Positions 35,600-48,126 of a stretch of DNA of 64,000 nucleotides are shown here, piece after piece. Each line of letters starts with the position of its first letter. The first letter of the stretch is position 1. Position numbers and translations under genes: made by a program. Origin of the DNA: Takakia lepidozioides (lineage: Eukaryota; Plantae; Bryophyta). The notes under the pieces are model-generated. The model was not told where the DNA came from. It did not search any database and saw only the letters and a program-made list of their open reading frames with translations. The stretch spans positions 3,100,001-3,164,000 of the forward strand of contig CM060731.1 in assembly GCA_030704615.1 (NCBI GenBank), in the 5' to 3' direction.

Positions 35600-37500
35600 T
35601 GTTGCTTGCTTCACCAGTACTCCCCACACAAACAACTGGAGGTTCTTGATGACACGGTGCTCCATTCGGTGTGACAATCAGCCCATAAGCAAACGCCAGC
35701 TTCTCACTGTGCTGACATTTTGCTCCTCTTCCAAATCATCCAACATAAAGCATGTTCTAGGTACATAGTACATACCCTGACTTCTTCATCTGCCCCGACA
35801 ATCTATCTAACTCAGCATGGATGTCCTCAATTTGTGGATGGAATTTGTCTTTCAGAGCAAATGTATGCACCTGGTTCCCAACCTCGATACAGCTGCTCCC
35901 CAGCTCCTTTCTGATTCCTCTGTCCTCCATCCTTTTCCTCACCTTTGCTTTATCTTCCCCACTCCCAGCAGCACCATAGATGTTTGATAGCAGCAAATAA
36001 GCTCCAGCATATTGTGGATCACTCTTGAGAATGCTCTTTGCTGCACCTTCTGCTCACTCCATGTCACCATGGATTCTGCAGGCACTGAGCGAGCCCCCCA
36101 CATCAGAGCACCCGGTTCAATCGGCAGTCTATTAATGAATTTCTCTGCATCGTCCAATTTCCCAATTTCCCTGCCCCGCCAAGAAGGTCCACAATGCAGC
36201 CAAAATGCTCCAAGGTTGGTGCGAGGTCATGATCTCGACACATGGAATCAAACTACTGACGCCCTTCATCCACCAGGCCCACATGGCTACATGCAGAGAG
36301 GAGAGATATAAAGGTGATACTGTTGGGCTTCAAGCCTTCTTTTTGCATTTGTTCAAATAATTGCAGGGCTTCCCTACCACACCCATGCTGAGCATATCCT
36401 GCAATCATGGCACTCCATGAGACCACATTCCGCTTACTCATGTTGTCAAACACTTGGCGTGCATCCTTCATGTTGCCGCATCTGGCATACATACCAGCAA
36501 GGGCAGTCTCCAGGATGATATCTGAAGCAATTCCAGCTTCAATGATGTCAGCATGGATCTCTTTCCCCTTTCCTACGGTTCCTAGGCTGGCACACACATT
36601 GAGAATGTGAATGTAGCCCTGTCAGCTGTCAGCTGTTCCTGTTGAACTCGCTCATAGATTTCAAAAGCCTCCCTGCCACAACCATGGTGAACGTATCCTG
36701 TGATCATCATGTTCCATGAAACCACATTTCGTTGAGCCATATTGTCAAACACACGCCTTGCATCCTTGATGCTCCCGCATTTTGCATACAGCCAACAAGA
36801 GCATTATTCAAAGTAATATATGACACGTTTCCAGCTTTGACGATGTTGGGATGTACCTCTTTTCCTATTTCGAGGCCTCCTAGGCTGGAGCATGCATAGA
36901 GAACACAAATGAACGTGATCCTGTCAGGCATCACCCATTTGCGTTGCATTTGCTTATACAGCTCCAAAGCCACCCTACCACACCCACGCTGAGCATATCC
37001 TGTAATCACGGCATTCCATGATACCACACCTTGTTGAGCCATGTCGTAAAACACTTGACGGGCATCCTGCGTGCTCCCGCATTTGCAAGACATGTCGAAA
37101 AGGGTATTCTCCAAAATGATATAAGATCCTAGTCCAGCCTTGATCCTGTGGGCATGGACTCCTTTGCCGGGCGCCTCCTTTCTCCACGTCTCCGAGGGTG
37201 GTGTGACGACTAGTGTTGTGCTTGCTGGAGATACGGCGCTCATCAACAGTTGGCACGATAGGTGAGAGAGGGGAAAGTGCACAAGCATAAATGAAAATAA
37301 ACTTGACCCTTCCTGGCAGTGCACCTGTTCATACAAGTCAAAAGTTTCCCCAACACACCCCTGCTGAGTATAAGTAACAAGCGATCATCGCACTCCATGA
37401 GACCACATTTTGTAGAGCCATATTGTTGAACACTTGATGTGCATCCACATCCTCCTGCATTTGGCATACATGATGGGGATATTCTCCAAATCAATAGAAG
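35600..37500 (-). pseudogene. PLS-class PPR-E-DYW pseudogene
   Basis: PPR fragments in several frames (MYARCGNMKDARQVFDNMSKRNVVSWSAMIAGYAQHG; LLSACSHVGLVDEG), E domain, GSSCIEVGNQVHTF, HSEKLAFAYGL (~35710), multiple frameshifts and a lost DYW terminus. Strongly similar to 53253-55475. Confidence 0.88.
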
Positions 37501-38472
37501 ACTACGGTAAAGTCCAAGTTTCATAACGTCAGGATGGCCCTCGACAGTCCACACACCCTCCCAGTGTCGAGAGAGTCCTGGTCGGCTTCCCCACTTGGTG
37601 CTCTTTCCAAATTACTACGGTAGTAACTCTAAACAGTTCATTACAAATGTTTACCCTCAAACTCGTGTAAGCGTATCTCTAGACACTTCCAAGAAAGAAA
37701 AATTCTTTAGCACAAACTTTTGCCACATTGTTATGTTGACAAGGTTATCAGAGTACTGCAGTCATCTGAGTTATAATATAACATTCACATTCACCTTCCT
37801 CCATAGCCCATGCGTGACATGTCTCTGTCCTTCCATGATAATCTGCCATTACCCATCATTTCAACTCCTGTCTTGAAACTGCAATGGTGCTCCAACGTAT
37901 TGTGCACACCGGGAGTAGGTAGAGCCAAACTCACATGTCTGCCCGTCTCTCTGCCTCTGTCTCTCAAAGAAAAGAAAAGAAATACAGTGAACTTGAACTT
38001 GACAATTTGTTTTGTTTTGTTTGTGATGGAAAGTCGAGATCCATAGTGGTATGTATTAAGGCATCCATACTACATTGGATCTACGCCTGTTATACTTGTC
38101 AACCAATGTAAACCGTGACCCAAGAAAACCATCACAACCGTGACATGACCTCCAGATGCAAACTTTGTAAGTTTAGGGTTGCTCTTTGGGATTGCATCTT
38201 TGCATCTGTGCATTGTGCCAGACTTTGCTTGGAGGATAATATGTTGAGGAGTTGCAATCCATTTTGTTATTTTGTTGCCGATGACAGGCGTCTATACATA
38301 GTGGTCATGCAAATCAAAGCCGTCTATGGCCTTACTTTGCCCATATTATGCCTACACTCAGACAGACAAAGTTGGGTAAAGCACATGTGAAGGTGGCTTT
38401 CAAAGTAGGCATGTGAAAGAGAACATGCTTTGCTTTGGATATATTTTAAAAATGAAGCGATAGGCCCATGTA

Positions 38473-38545
38473 GGGGATGTAGCTCAAATGGTAGAGCGAT
38501 CGCTTTGCATGCGATAGGTAAGGGGATCGATGCCCCTCATCTCCA
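38473..38545 (+). tRNA. tRNA-Ala(UGC): tRNA-Ala (anticodon TGC)
   Basis: GGGGATGTAGCTCAAATGGTAGAGCGATCGCTTTGCATGCGATAGGTAAGGGGATCGATGCCCCTCATCTCCA. 73 nt; all stems pair; G3:U70 Ala identity pair. Confidence 0.93.
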
Positions 38546-39271
38546 GAGGACTTGCCCTCCATGAGGCCTTCCAGGCAAAAGAGATAGCTGCCCGTGTGTC
38601 AGAGACACGTGAGCGTTCTTTTGGTTGTTGATCACTTTGACTATTTGCTTCGTACTTTCCATGAACCTTCCTGCAGGTAATCTCACTGCACTGTTGGACT
38701 TTGTGGCTGACCGGGGGCCAGGACTTGGTCACTGTGCTCCTAAAGTAAACATTTTGCCCAGTTTCGGGTCCTCTATCCATTCATGCAGTCCTGGTCGATT
38801 GGAGGCGAGGAAAAGTTTTGGTTCACTGGGATTGAATTGAAGTGAGAAGATCTGTCGTTTGTATAGGTGCTGCGCAGGATTGCAAGTAGTGTCGCTTGAG
38901 AAGAATTTGGGGTAAGAGAGGGTTGCAGGATCTTCTCAATCTTTCGTCTTGTCGGCATTCTGAACTTGCCTCTCCTGTCGTCTCAGAAGCATGGAGAGAC
39001 AGACAGGGCTACAGAAATAGAACTCGACACTACATGCTTGTCTTCTCGGCTGCTGTTCGCCAGTTGGTTTTCGCTGATTCACCAGGTGGGTTTTTTGAGG
39101 TCCAACTTCATTTTAAGATTGCCATTCAAATTCATTTAGAATCCCGACTTAGGGCTGAACGCCATCAATCTCAGTGGGTCCATCGAGCGAATGGTCTTCA
39201 ATTGAGGACTCAGCAGCTCTATCTGCATTAGGGGTGTCTAGGAAAGGGGTTGTGAGTGCAAGGCCAGTGCT

Positions 39272-40654
39272 ATGGCGGGGCCAAGCGATTTGAGGTTGAG
39301 TAAACGGTTGCGCATCAATGTTGGGGGAAGAGTGTTTGAAACCACGCTAGGGACGCTACAATATGCGGGCCAAGTCTCCAAGTTGATGCAAACTGTGTCA
39401 AATGAGGGCGAGGAGGCGTTTTTTGATAGAGATCCTGATCTCTTCGGGGTGCTTCTAAACATCCTCAGAACTGGAAAGCTCCCCAGTAAAGTTGACAGCT
39501 CTAGCTTAGACAAGCTGATCGAGGAAGCCACATACTATGGGCTTGTAGACGTCCTCAAGTTGGCCATGGCACCCCCGCCGCTGAATGGTCTGGACTTACA
39601 GAAGGCGAATGCAGTGATACCCAGTGGGATAGACATCCCATCAGCGCTCGCGCCGGGTTCCGATGGATCCCTGTGGCTGGGTCATGGGAGCAAAATCACA
39701 GTCTTCGACTGGGCACTTCGCAAACGGAGAACCACTCTGACAGAATTCAACACCATCGAAAAGCTGCATCAAATTTCAGATAACCTTGTGGCAGCGGGCG
39801 CCTCGGACCTGCCAGGCCTTCATATATATGACGGAGTGAAAGGGATCCATGCCAAGAGTCTCATATGGACCGACGAAGACGACCCCCGAGTATTCAACCC
39901 ACATGTGCGTGCAATCTCCTCAAATGAAACCTCCGTGTTTGCGAGCTTTGAGAGCGGACAGGAAACGGAGAACACAGTGCTTACCGTAGACAAAAGCACT
40001 CTAGAAATAACCCGAGAGCTGGGCAGGCAAAATGGGGGAACAGGACACGCAAAAGCTGCCACCAAGCTGCAATGGCTTCCCTCTAAGAATCTGCTGCTGG
40101 TTGCGTCTGTTCATGGGGGAGCTTTTGGGTACAATGGGTACATGCGGCTCTGGGACGTCCGAACGGACAAGGTTGTCTGGGATTGGAAGGAGCCCAATTT
40201 CCGCAATGCCCGTGTTTTAGAGCGGGAATCGTTTGCAGATGTGGTGGCAAATGAAGAGCTTGGGGTTCTTTTCAAGGTGAGCATTCTGTCAGGCTCTGTA
40301 TCCTTGGCAGATTTGCGGCATCTGGATTCTCCAGAACCCTGGTTGAGATTGGCAGATTCCAACCCCTCCCTGGAGACCGCAGCAGGTGGTGCTAACAACC
40401 AGGTGTTTACATACAATAAGCAGCTGTATGTTAGCCGAGGTGCAGACCTGGAGGTCTGGTCAGAGGTACCCCTGGCAGATAGCTTCAAGGAGCTTGGAGA
40501 GAAGGAGTACTGGGAAACATCATTCCGAAGAAATCACATAGAGCAGCGCCGGCATGTTGGACAGGAGGTGACACATGTGGCAGCCGGAGGTAATCGATTG
40601 TTTGTTACTCGCAAAGACTTGCAAGGAGTGGAGGTTTGGGAAACTAAAGTGTGA
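39272..40654 (+). CDS. BTB/POZ (KCTD/T1-type) domain protein with C-terminal WD-like beta-propeller, single exon
   Basis: LRINVGGRVFETTLGTL...FFDRDPDLFGVLLNILRTG...EEATYYGL; MRLWDVRT; ends GGNRLFVTRKDLQGVEVWET. Confidence 0.93.
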   Translation: MAGPSDLRLSKRLRINVGGRVFETTLGTLQYAGQVSKLMQTVSNEGEEAFFDRDPDLFGVLLNILRTGKLPSKVDSSSLDKLIEEATYYGLVDVLKLAMAPPPLNGLDLQKANAVIPSGIDIPSALAPGSDGSLWLGHGSKITVFDWALRKRRTTLTEFNTIEKLHQISDNLVAAGASDLPGLHIYDGVKGIHAKSLIWTDEDDPRVFNPHVRAISSNETSVFASFESGQETENTVLTVDKSTLEITRELGRQNGGTGHAKAATKLQWLPSKNLLLVASVHGGAFGYNGYMRLWDVRTDKVVWDWKEPNFRNARVLERESFADVVANEELGVLFKVSILSGSVSLADLRHLDSPEPWLRLADSNPSLETAAGGANNQVFTYNKQLYVSRGADLEVWSEVPLADSFKELGEKEYWETSFRRNHIEQRRHVGQEVTHVAAGGNRLFVTRKDLQGVEVWETKV

Positions 40655-41052
40655 CCTTGTAGCTCATATCCACTTCCTTTTCTTTGTCCTTAGTATACAC
40701 TTTTGTTCAAGGGCAGCTGTTCCATCTTGGCAAGCAACAGGGTCGCTTCCATAAACGTGAGAGCCCGTGGTAGGGTCATTGAGATTAATCCTGCAATGTT
40801 GTCTCTGTTATACTGTCAATAGAACTTCATTTTAGCAGCAGCCTTCATACTCTTTGCTCCAAACTTTATATCTCTCTCACGGGAAACCCGAGTATTGATC
40901 AAGGCCCATCAGGCCTTGGTTTCCTTCAATTTTTTAGTGGCATAAATCTGTAAGCCAGAGCTGGGTGTTTGTGTCAGCTTGATTGCGTAGTCAATTTCCA
41001 GACATAATCACCGAGGCTACTCTTTGTATCATTTTCTCCATGATTAAATTTT

Positions 41053-42651
41053 TGTTATGGCCTATGAGAGTCTCAAGGCTTTTGCGGAAGCCAAGGGATG
41101 GACTGCTTCTATCCTTGCAGGTTACTTTTCAGGAGCACTATAGTAGAGAGTGAAGCTTCATTATTCCCAACTGACATGTACATCACGCCCAAGGAAGACA
41201 TGAGCGTTGATGGTATGGTCTCTGCATTGCAATGGAGGCCTCTCTTCCAGTGCAGGGTAGATTTCTAAGTCGCTTTCAAAGAGCAAGCTCAGTCTGCCAG
41301 CAGTGCAATCAATATTCATTTGGAATTCACTCTTCAATAATAAATCAAGGAGTGTGAGATTGTTGTGCAAACCTTTCCTGACCAGCTGTCCCATATCTGA
41401 GCCCTGATGGTCTTCTGATCCACACCAATGGTACGTCTCAGAGATTCAACACCACGGGTTGCTTTGGACTCCAGGCTGATTTCATTCAGTGAAAACCTCG
41501 TCAGCAGCTGCGACTTTCCCACTGCTGAATCGCCAATGAGCACCACCTTGAACACATAGTCTATCTTGTGGTCTTACTCGGTATATGTTATGGCCTATGA
41601 GAGTCTCAAGGCTTTTGCGGAAGCCAAGGGATGGACTGCTTCTATCCTTGCAGGTTACTTTTCAGGAGCACTATAGTAGAGAGTGAAGCTTCATTATTCC
41701 CAACTGACATGTACATCACGCCCAAGGAAGACATGAGCGTTGATGGTATGGTCTCTGCATTGCAATGGAGGCCTCTCTTCCAGTGCAGGGTAGATTTCTA
41801 AGTCGCTTTCAAAGAGCAAGCTCAGTCTGCCAGCAGTGCAATCAATATTCATTTGGAATTCACTCTTCAATAATAAATCAAGGAGTGTGAGATTGTTGTG
41901 CAAACCTTTCCTGACCAGCTGTCCCATATCTGAGCCCTGATGGTCTTCTGATCCACACCAATGGTACGTCTCAGAGATTCAACACCACGGGTTGCTTTGG
42001 ACTCCAGGCTGATTTCATTCAGTGAAAACCTCGTCAGCAGCTGCGACTTTCCCACTGCTGAATCGCCAATGAGCACCACCTTGAACACATAGTCTATCTT
42101 GTGGTCTTACTCGGTATATGTTATGGCCTATGAGAGTCTCAAGGCTTTTGCGGAAGCCAAGGGATGGACTGCTTCTATCCTTGCAGGTTACTTTTCAGGA
42201 GCACTATAGTAGAGAGTGAAGCTTCATTATTCCCAACTGACATGTACATCACGCCCAAGGAAGACATGAGCGTTGATGGTATGGTCTCTGCATTGCAATG
42301 GAGGCCTCTCTTCCAGTGCAGGGTAGATTTCTAAGTCGCTTTCAAAGAGCAAGCTCAGTCTGCCAGCAGTGCAATCAATATTCATTTGGAATTCACTCTT
42401 CAATAATAAATCAAGGAGTGTGAGATTGTTGTGCAAACCTTTCCTGACCAGCTGTCCCATATCTGAGCCCTGATGGTCTTCTGATCCACACCAATGGTAC
42501 GTCTCAGAGATTCAACACCACGGGTTGCTTTGGACTCCAGGCTGATTTCATTCAGTGAAAACCTCGTCAGCAGCTGCGACTTTCCCACTGCTGAATCGCC
42601 AATGAGCACCACCTTGAACACATAGTCTATCTTGTGGTCTTACTCGGTATA
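41053..42651. repeat. Three apparently identical tandem 533-bp units, each containing most of RabA exon 1 plus intron start
   Basis: Units start at 41053, 41586 and 42119. The ORF track repeats identically with period 533. Confidence 0.97.
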
Positions 42652-43260
42652 CCCATTCGACATCGTTCCCAGTGCGTTTGTTTATAGACAAATTCCACAT
42701 GTAAGACTAAAAGGGGAACCACAGCAGATGCCAATCTACACTCCGTATTACACATCTTCAGGCAACTTCCCCTCCAATGACTTGCAAAGCTTGACTGATA
42801 TACCAACCAGTTAAGAACTCCTTGCCTCTGAGATCTGACGAGAGAATTCCGTGTACCCTCAGATGATGATAAGCGAGTGAGCTGACATGATCCACAGTGA
42901 AGAACTTAGATTTTAATCTCTGCAATTCCGCTGCAGCGTTGCAGTGCTGAAGCCCTTTGGAACGAAGTCAAATCCCTGGAAAAACTCAGCTCTATCTGAA
43001 AAACAGATACAAATTAGAGTGCAAAATCACCAGCCTGAATCCGGAGGCAACTCGAGGACCCGGCTTAAGTTCCCGTCCGTTTCTTGCAATGCTCTCCCCA
43101 CAGCCGCTTGCAAAGACACTAGGATCGATTAGCCTGGCCAACCAAAGAATGCACTCGCGAAAACATGATTATGCTCATCTCTCTCGTTCTCCGACGACAC
43201 TTCAATAAATGGCGTATCGAAGGGGGAGGACAGAAAAATTACCTATATGGTGGTAGTTTG
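41190..43260 (-). pseudogene. Partial RabA pseudogene (5' flank, exon 1 and intron start duplicated from ~48845-49895)
   Basis: [17 protein letters not shown] present. TAC>TAA stop (Y8) near 42640. A 2-nt deletion destroys WDTAGQE. No exon 2. 42652-43260 aligns with 49241-49895. Confidence 0.92.
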
Positions 43261-43834
43261 GCCACTGTAATCGACGGCATGCATGAAGAGAAACAAAAAT
43301 GGAAAAAGGGAGAGGAGTGCAGAGGAGCTAGACCGGAGGGGTGATCGCCGGAGGACATTCAGGCTCGTAATCCCTCCACTGCCCGGAGCGAGAGGTGAAC
43401 GCTGCTCGGTTACCCGCCTCACGCGGTGTCCTCTGCTCCAACGCCACGGCAACCCCGCCCTCCGACGGGGAACCCGAAGCGACTCCGGGCTTGGAGTGGG
43501 CGTACCCTCTACACGCCGCCGGCGGCCCTTTCCGACCGCTCCCTGTTCAACTCTCCTGGCCCCGCTAGGGTCACAGGTGGCCGCTACACCACCCACCTGA
43601 GAAAAATGTTCCTGTTTGCATATATATATCAAGCTTAGAGAACTTTGCAAACGATATGGGATAAAGATTTCGATGGTCGGGATTTTGGGGCTCGATACGG
43701 CTAATGGGTGTGCAGAGACTGCAGGGACAATCGTAGTTTTCCCCGCACACCTTTGTGCTCTGCTCCACAGTGTAGTGGAGCGAGGGAGACGCGCGAGGCA
43801 GACGCGCGAGGCAGACTGCAGGAGCGCTGAGGAG

Positions 43835-46276
43835 ATGGGAGTGCCGGAGCTATGGAGGATGCTTGGCCCTGGGCTGGCAGGGGCTGTTTTTGGAGGTGGT
43901 TGGTGGTTCTGGGTGGATGCAGTTGTGTGTAGCAGCATCACTGTGAAGTTCCTGCACTATCTACCAGGTGGGTTCTGCCTCTCCCGGACTCTGGGTTGGA
44001 GAAATTCACGGTGGCAGAACATTGTATGTGTGCTTGGTTGACCCAATCAGTTTGTAGCTCCATCTCTGTGCTTGTGCCTGCACCGTCTGCCAAGTGGATT
44101 CTGTACCTGCTCTCTCGCCTATCAACCCTTACCATGATACGTGATTTTGTGGTAAGAGAAGATGACTGTAGATGTCCTCGGTGCCCATGAAGAGGTTGCA
44201 AACACCATCTCTGTTTCCTCCCCCATCAAATCAAACCATGATGAATCGTCAGGTGAGAACGAGAAGACTCTGTGTCCCAGGCTTTGACAGCTTGCATTCA
44301 TAATATGATCACGCGCTGCACAGTAATAACAGATCGTCTGCCGCCAGTCGCTAGATGTGATTCTGATGGCCCTTTGAATTGACTCCCGAACTTCTCCATT
44401 TATTTCCGGAAGTGCCGATGCAGTTGAGACCCAGAACAGGCATGAGAGAAAGGAAAGAGACCGAACCTACCCGCATTGTTTATCTCTTGTTTGCGCTCTA
44501 GTGCACTGATTTTTTCGCTGCTGTTGGTTGCAATAATGATGAAGGGGGATCTCTTTGTATGATTTGGGAAGCTGTGGTTCATTTGCAATTTGGAGCTTGC
44601 TTCCTGCTTAGGTGAACCTTTTCACGTCAGCTTATAGCAAGTACCTGCTTGAGGACTGACATAAAGATGGGAGGGAGGGGCAGGTATATTTGCATCACTA
44701 GCAGCTTTGATGTTCAATTGTGTGAGGAGGGACGAACTGCAGGATTATTCTCCTTTTGATGACGGGGAGGGCTGCCGGTATGTCTTTGCTTATTTCAAAC
44801 TGTTTGTTGTGACCTAGAGAGATGCTTAGAGAAGGGAAATTGGGCTTGTGGTCAGCCTCTTAACAGGGCTTGCCACCGCATAGGTTACACTAAAGCCAGT
44901 TGCTTCAGAGGACCACAGATCAACAGAGGTTATGAGGTTCTATTCAATTTTGTGAATTGTTGTCACGCAGGAGCAGGGATCCAATTTTTATCACAAGCCT
45001 GCAACCGTGGAAAAGCCATCATACCAATTGCTGTTCTTAACAATACTAAGATTTATTGCAATGTATGTCAGGGCTGCCACCTCAACAGTCTGTGGGCAGC
45101 AGAAGCTGAAAGATATTCCAGTTCACATTCCCTGTAACATTACGATTTCTAATGGAACCTGCGACAAGGAACTGGCAAGTATAATGAAGCTCCAGTGTAT
45201 GGATGATTGCTCATGTCATCAGCTTGGAGTATCCTCACCCCAGGTTGAAATGTTGGCAGGGTAAAGTGGACACATGTAGCCAATCATCAAATTTTGTAAT
45301 CTTTATCCTCATAATGTTTTCCGAGTGTCTGTCTAAACAAAGGAGGGTTGGATATGTGTTCAATTCTGTGTGCAGGTCAAGGACTTGGCTATTTCTTGCC
45401 TACGTAATTTCCTTTGTGTCATTGGCGGGCTCTGTGGGCATGTTGGTTCAGGATGCCTTGCTGCCCAGCACTCCTTCCTCATGGACTGGGGTAGCAGGGG
45501 TTCTGCAATGTACCCTTGTACTTGCCAGGTATACTGCTCTCTCTCTTTCTCACTCTGGCTGGAATGCAGTTTGATTTACGGTGTCTAGACACAGCAAAGG
45601 TCTCTAAATGCTGTTAAACTTGGAAAGAACTGTTCTAGGGCACTTTATGCTTGGGAGCTCAGTGCTGGTCTTCATAGGTAGGTTTCCCTATATGGCATGA
45701 AAATTCTCCAATTCAGACATGGGAATTTGGGAGACCTCTCTCTAGTGCTGTAACTCTCAAGATGGCAACTCTCAATTTGTGCAGTACAAACCATCATGAC
45801 CCATGAGCTTTGGGGGTAGTGCTATGTGGGATTCTGTGTTCCAGTTTATGATGAAGACAGGTATCATTCAGTTCCTATTTAATAGTACACTGGATCAGAG
45901 CATTTGGAATCTAGTCGTATGATCAATCACAAAAGCAAGTGAGTTCTTCAATGGGATTTTCGAGCCACTCGACCCAATGCTCTACAGGGCATCATGTCGC
46001 TTTTGATCAATGGCTGTGGATACAATCTATGTAGCTCCTTTACCTGGGCTGGCATGGCCAGTTTGCTGTGATGTCCTCAAATCTGCACACCAAAATCAGT
46101 TTGCCCCCACTGGTGTAGAGGTGTAAGCATCTGGAATATAACTCCACTTTTTAAGTAGCTATCCTCACCAGGGCCAATTAGATTTACATGTTACAAACAA
46201 ATAATCTGTGTACTGTATGTTTGTGTGTGGCAGTGGGTTGATGTATTGGACATCACGAACGGCATCTGAGTATTGA
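43835..46276 (+). CDS. TMEM50/UPF0220 (Vps68-like) membrane protein, 4 exons
   Basis: Exons 43835-43967 (LGPGLAGAVFGGGWWFWVDAVVCS), 44684-44777 (GIFASLAALMFNCV), 45376-45528 (WLFLAYVISFVSLAGSVGML), 46234-46276 (SGLMYWTSR). Confidence 0.92.
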
Positions 46277-47454
46277 CCCATAGCAACCTAAACAAGGAGT
46301 TGATGGACTTGTCATCATGCATAAATTGTGATATAAACGCTTAGGGGCCAATTTGGCCGCAGCAACATACTTTGGCTCAAGCCGAATCTCTGCACTTAAG
46401 TCACCAGAGTGGGTCATGCCTGCGAGTTTGACTGGGTGCTCCAGATCTTGAATCTTCTACGGAAATCAGTTCGCAACTGTAGAGCCCATTTGGTAGTCTC
46501 AATTGAGCTTTTAGTCTTTCCCTTGTTCACACTAGGAGTCCAAAGGAAGGTGGACTTTGGGAGAGTTAGTGATGAGTATTGCATCTCTTAATTTTCTGCA
46601 CAAGGATGTACTCTTGATGTGCCCCTTCGGCCAGTACTCCAGTGGTACGTCAATACAAATTTTAGAAACCATGTGCAATGCTATTTTGGGTTCAGGGGTC
46701 CAGTTTTTGGCTCCTGGGGTCCTTTTGGGTCACTCTTATTTTCCCCATACATAGTCTAGTCTAGTGAGAGCAAACCTAGTTAGAAGGGTCTGACAGTTTC
46801 GGAGTACTTGGTGAATACAAAGGTTGCAAAGATAACCCACTCAAGCTTCAGTAAAATAACACCATCAGTTTCCAAAGTGCAAATTATGTTGGACAAACTG
46901 AGGTGCACCTCTTACAAAGTACTCAAGTTCTCCAACAACAAGCCTTCTGCCGAACTGTTATAATGCATTGTGCTCTTGACAAATAGTAGCTACTCCTGTG
47001 GAACCTCCAGACATAGAGAGAATGTATTCCTGAGACTCCTGAAGGTCGTGTGTAGTTGACATTTCACTTGTAATAAGCACAAGCAGATACTTCAAATCCA
47101 AGTGCAATATCATACTAACAGAAACATTTGCTGCCATAAAAGTCCTCTTGCCAAGGACCTGGCCCCATAGGACAAAGCAGGAAAAAAGGTATAAACTGGG
47201 CAGCAAAATCTATGACTACAAATACCACTACTTAGTCAGTATATGAAAAATAGTCCTCCCCATCATATTCCTCCAATCATAGAGGTGCCACCCATAACTT
47301 AGATCCAATGAAGGTCAGAGTTTTCAGCATTCTCTCAACCATTGAGAATTAGGCACCCTCACAGTATTTCCATCTCTACAGAGAAACTTTTTGTGTCCCA
47401 GGGTGTGAGAAAACAAAACCAAGTTTGACAGGAAAACAGAATGGAAGTTTAATG

Positions 47455-47610
47455 TCCACAGAGTGTACTCATAGGTTGCTGTGCCATAGACTCTGCGGGC
47501 GGAACAGCGAGGGACAGACACTACCTTTGTGAGCTCACTCCAGTAGTGGGATAACGGGGCTGGAGCTTTAGGCGCAGCCTCGAGATCTTGAAAGTTAACG
47601 TCCAGAGAGG
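47455..47610 (-). mobile_element. Dispersed copy of the LINE 3' end seen in PYD3 intron 5
   Basis: Minus strand reads ...actggagtgagctcacaaaggtagtgtctgtccctcgctgttcc...gtctatggc...tatgagtac, matching 27580-27675. Confidence 0.7.
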
Positions 47611-48126
47611 GAGAGAGTGAGAGATTGGATGTTCAAACAGCAAGACTAAGACCTCCCCACTGTCAGACAGAAAACTTCCCAACATGAAGAAAGAAACTCA
47701 TCATCCAAGATATTTATGAGAGATGTAGAAATGCCAGCTGAACACCAAGGTTGTATTGATGAACACCTTTCTCACTTCTCTAAGAGACCTGCATTTTAGC
47801 TACATCACTCCACACAACTCTTAAAATGTCTCAAAAGGACAGGGCTCAGAAATGCATTGCATTGTTCTCTAATGGTACCATACACATGCATGATGTGCAC
47901 CACCAACTCTCCCTCTAATTCCAAAGTATGTACCCTACATTGCTGAGCAAGTTTGTAATTCAGGTTTGAAACAACTGCTGTAGCCTGTTAACACCTCCAT
48001 CCAGTTGAAAAAAGAACTGGGTTGTTTCCTCAATGAAGACGCTCATGACTGTGGGTTCCTTGCATTGATGATCGCGCCCTCTTATTGGATTAGATTGTAC
48101 AGCACTAAGTGAACATAGCACACTAA

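Noticed and set aside
43243-43941. 232-aa minus-strand ORF and overlapping plus-strand ORFs
   Set aside because: GC-rich promoter sequence and antisense of TMEM50 exon 1; no domain.
46330-47100. Coding-like minus-strand sequence downstream of TMEM50
   Set aside because: Many stops in all frames and no identifiable family.
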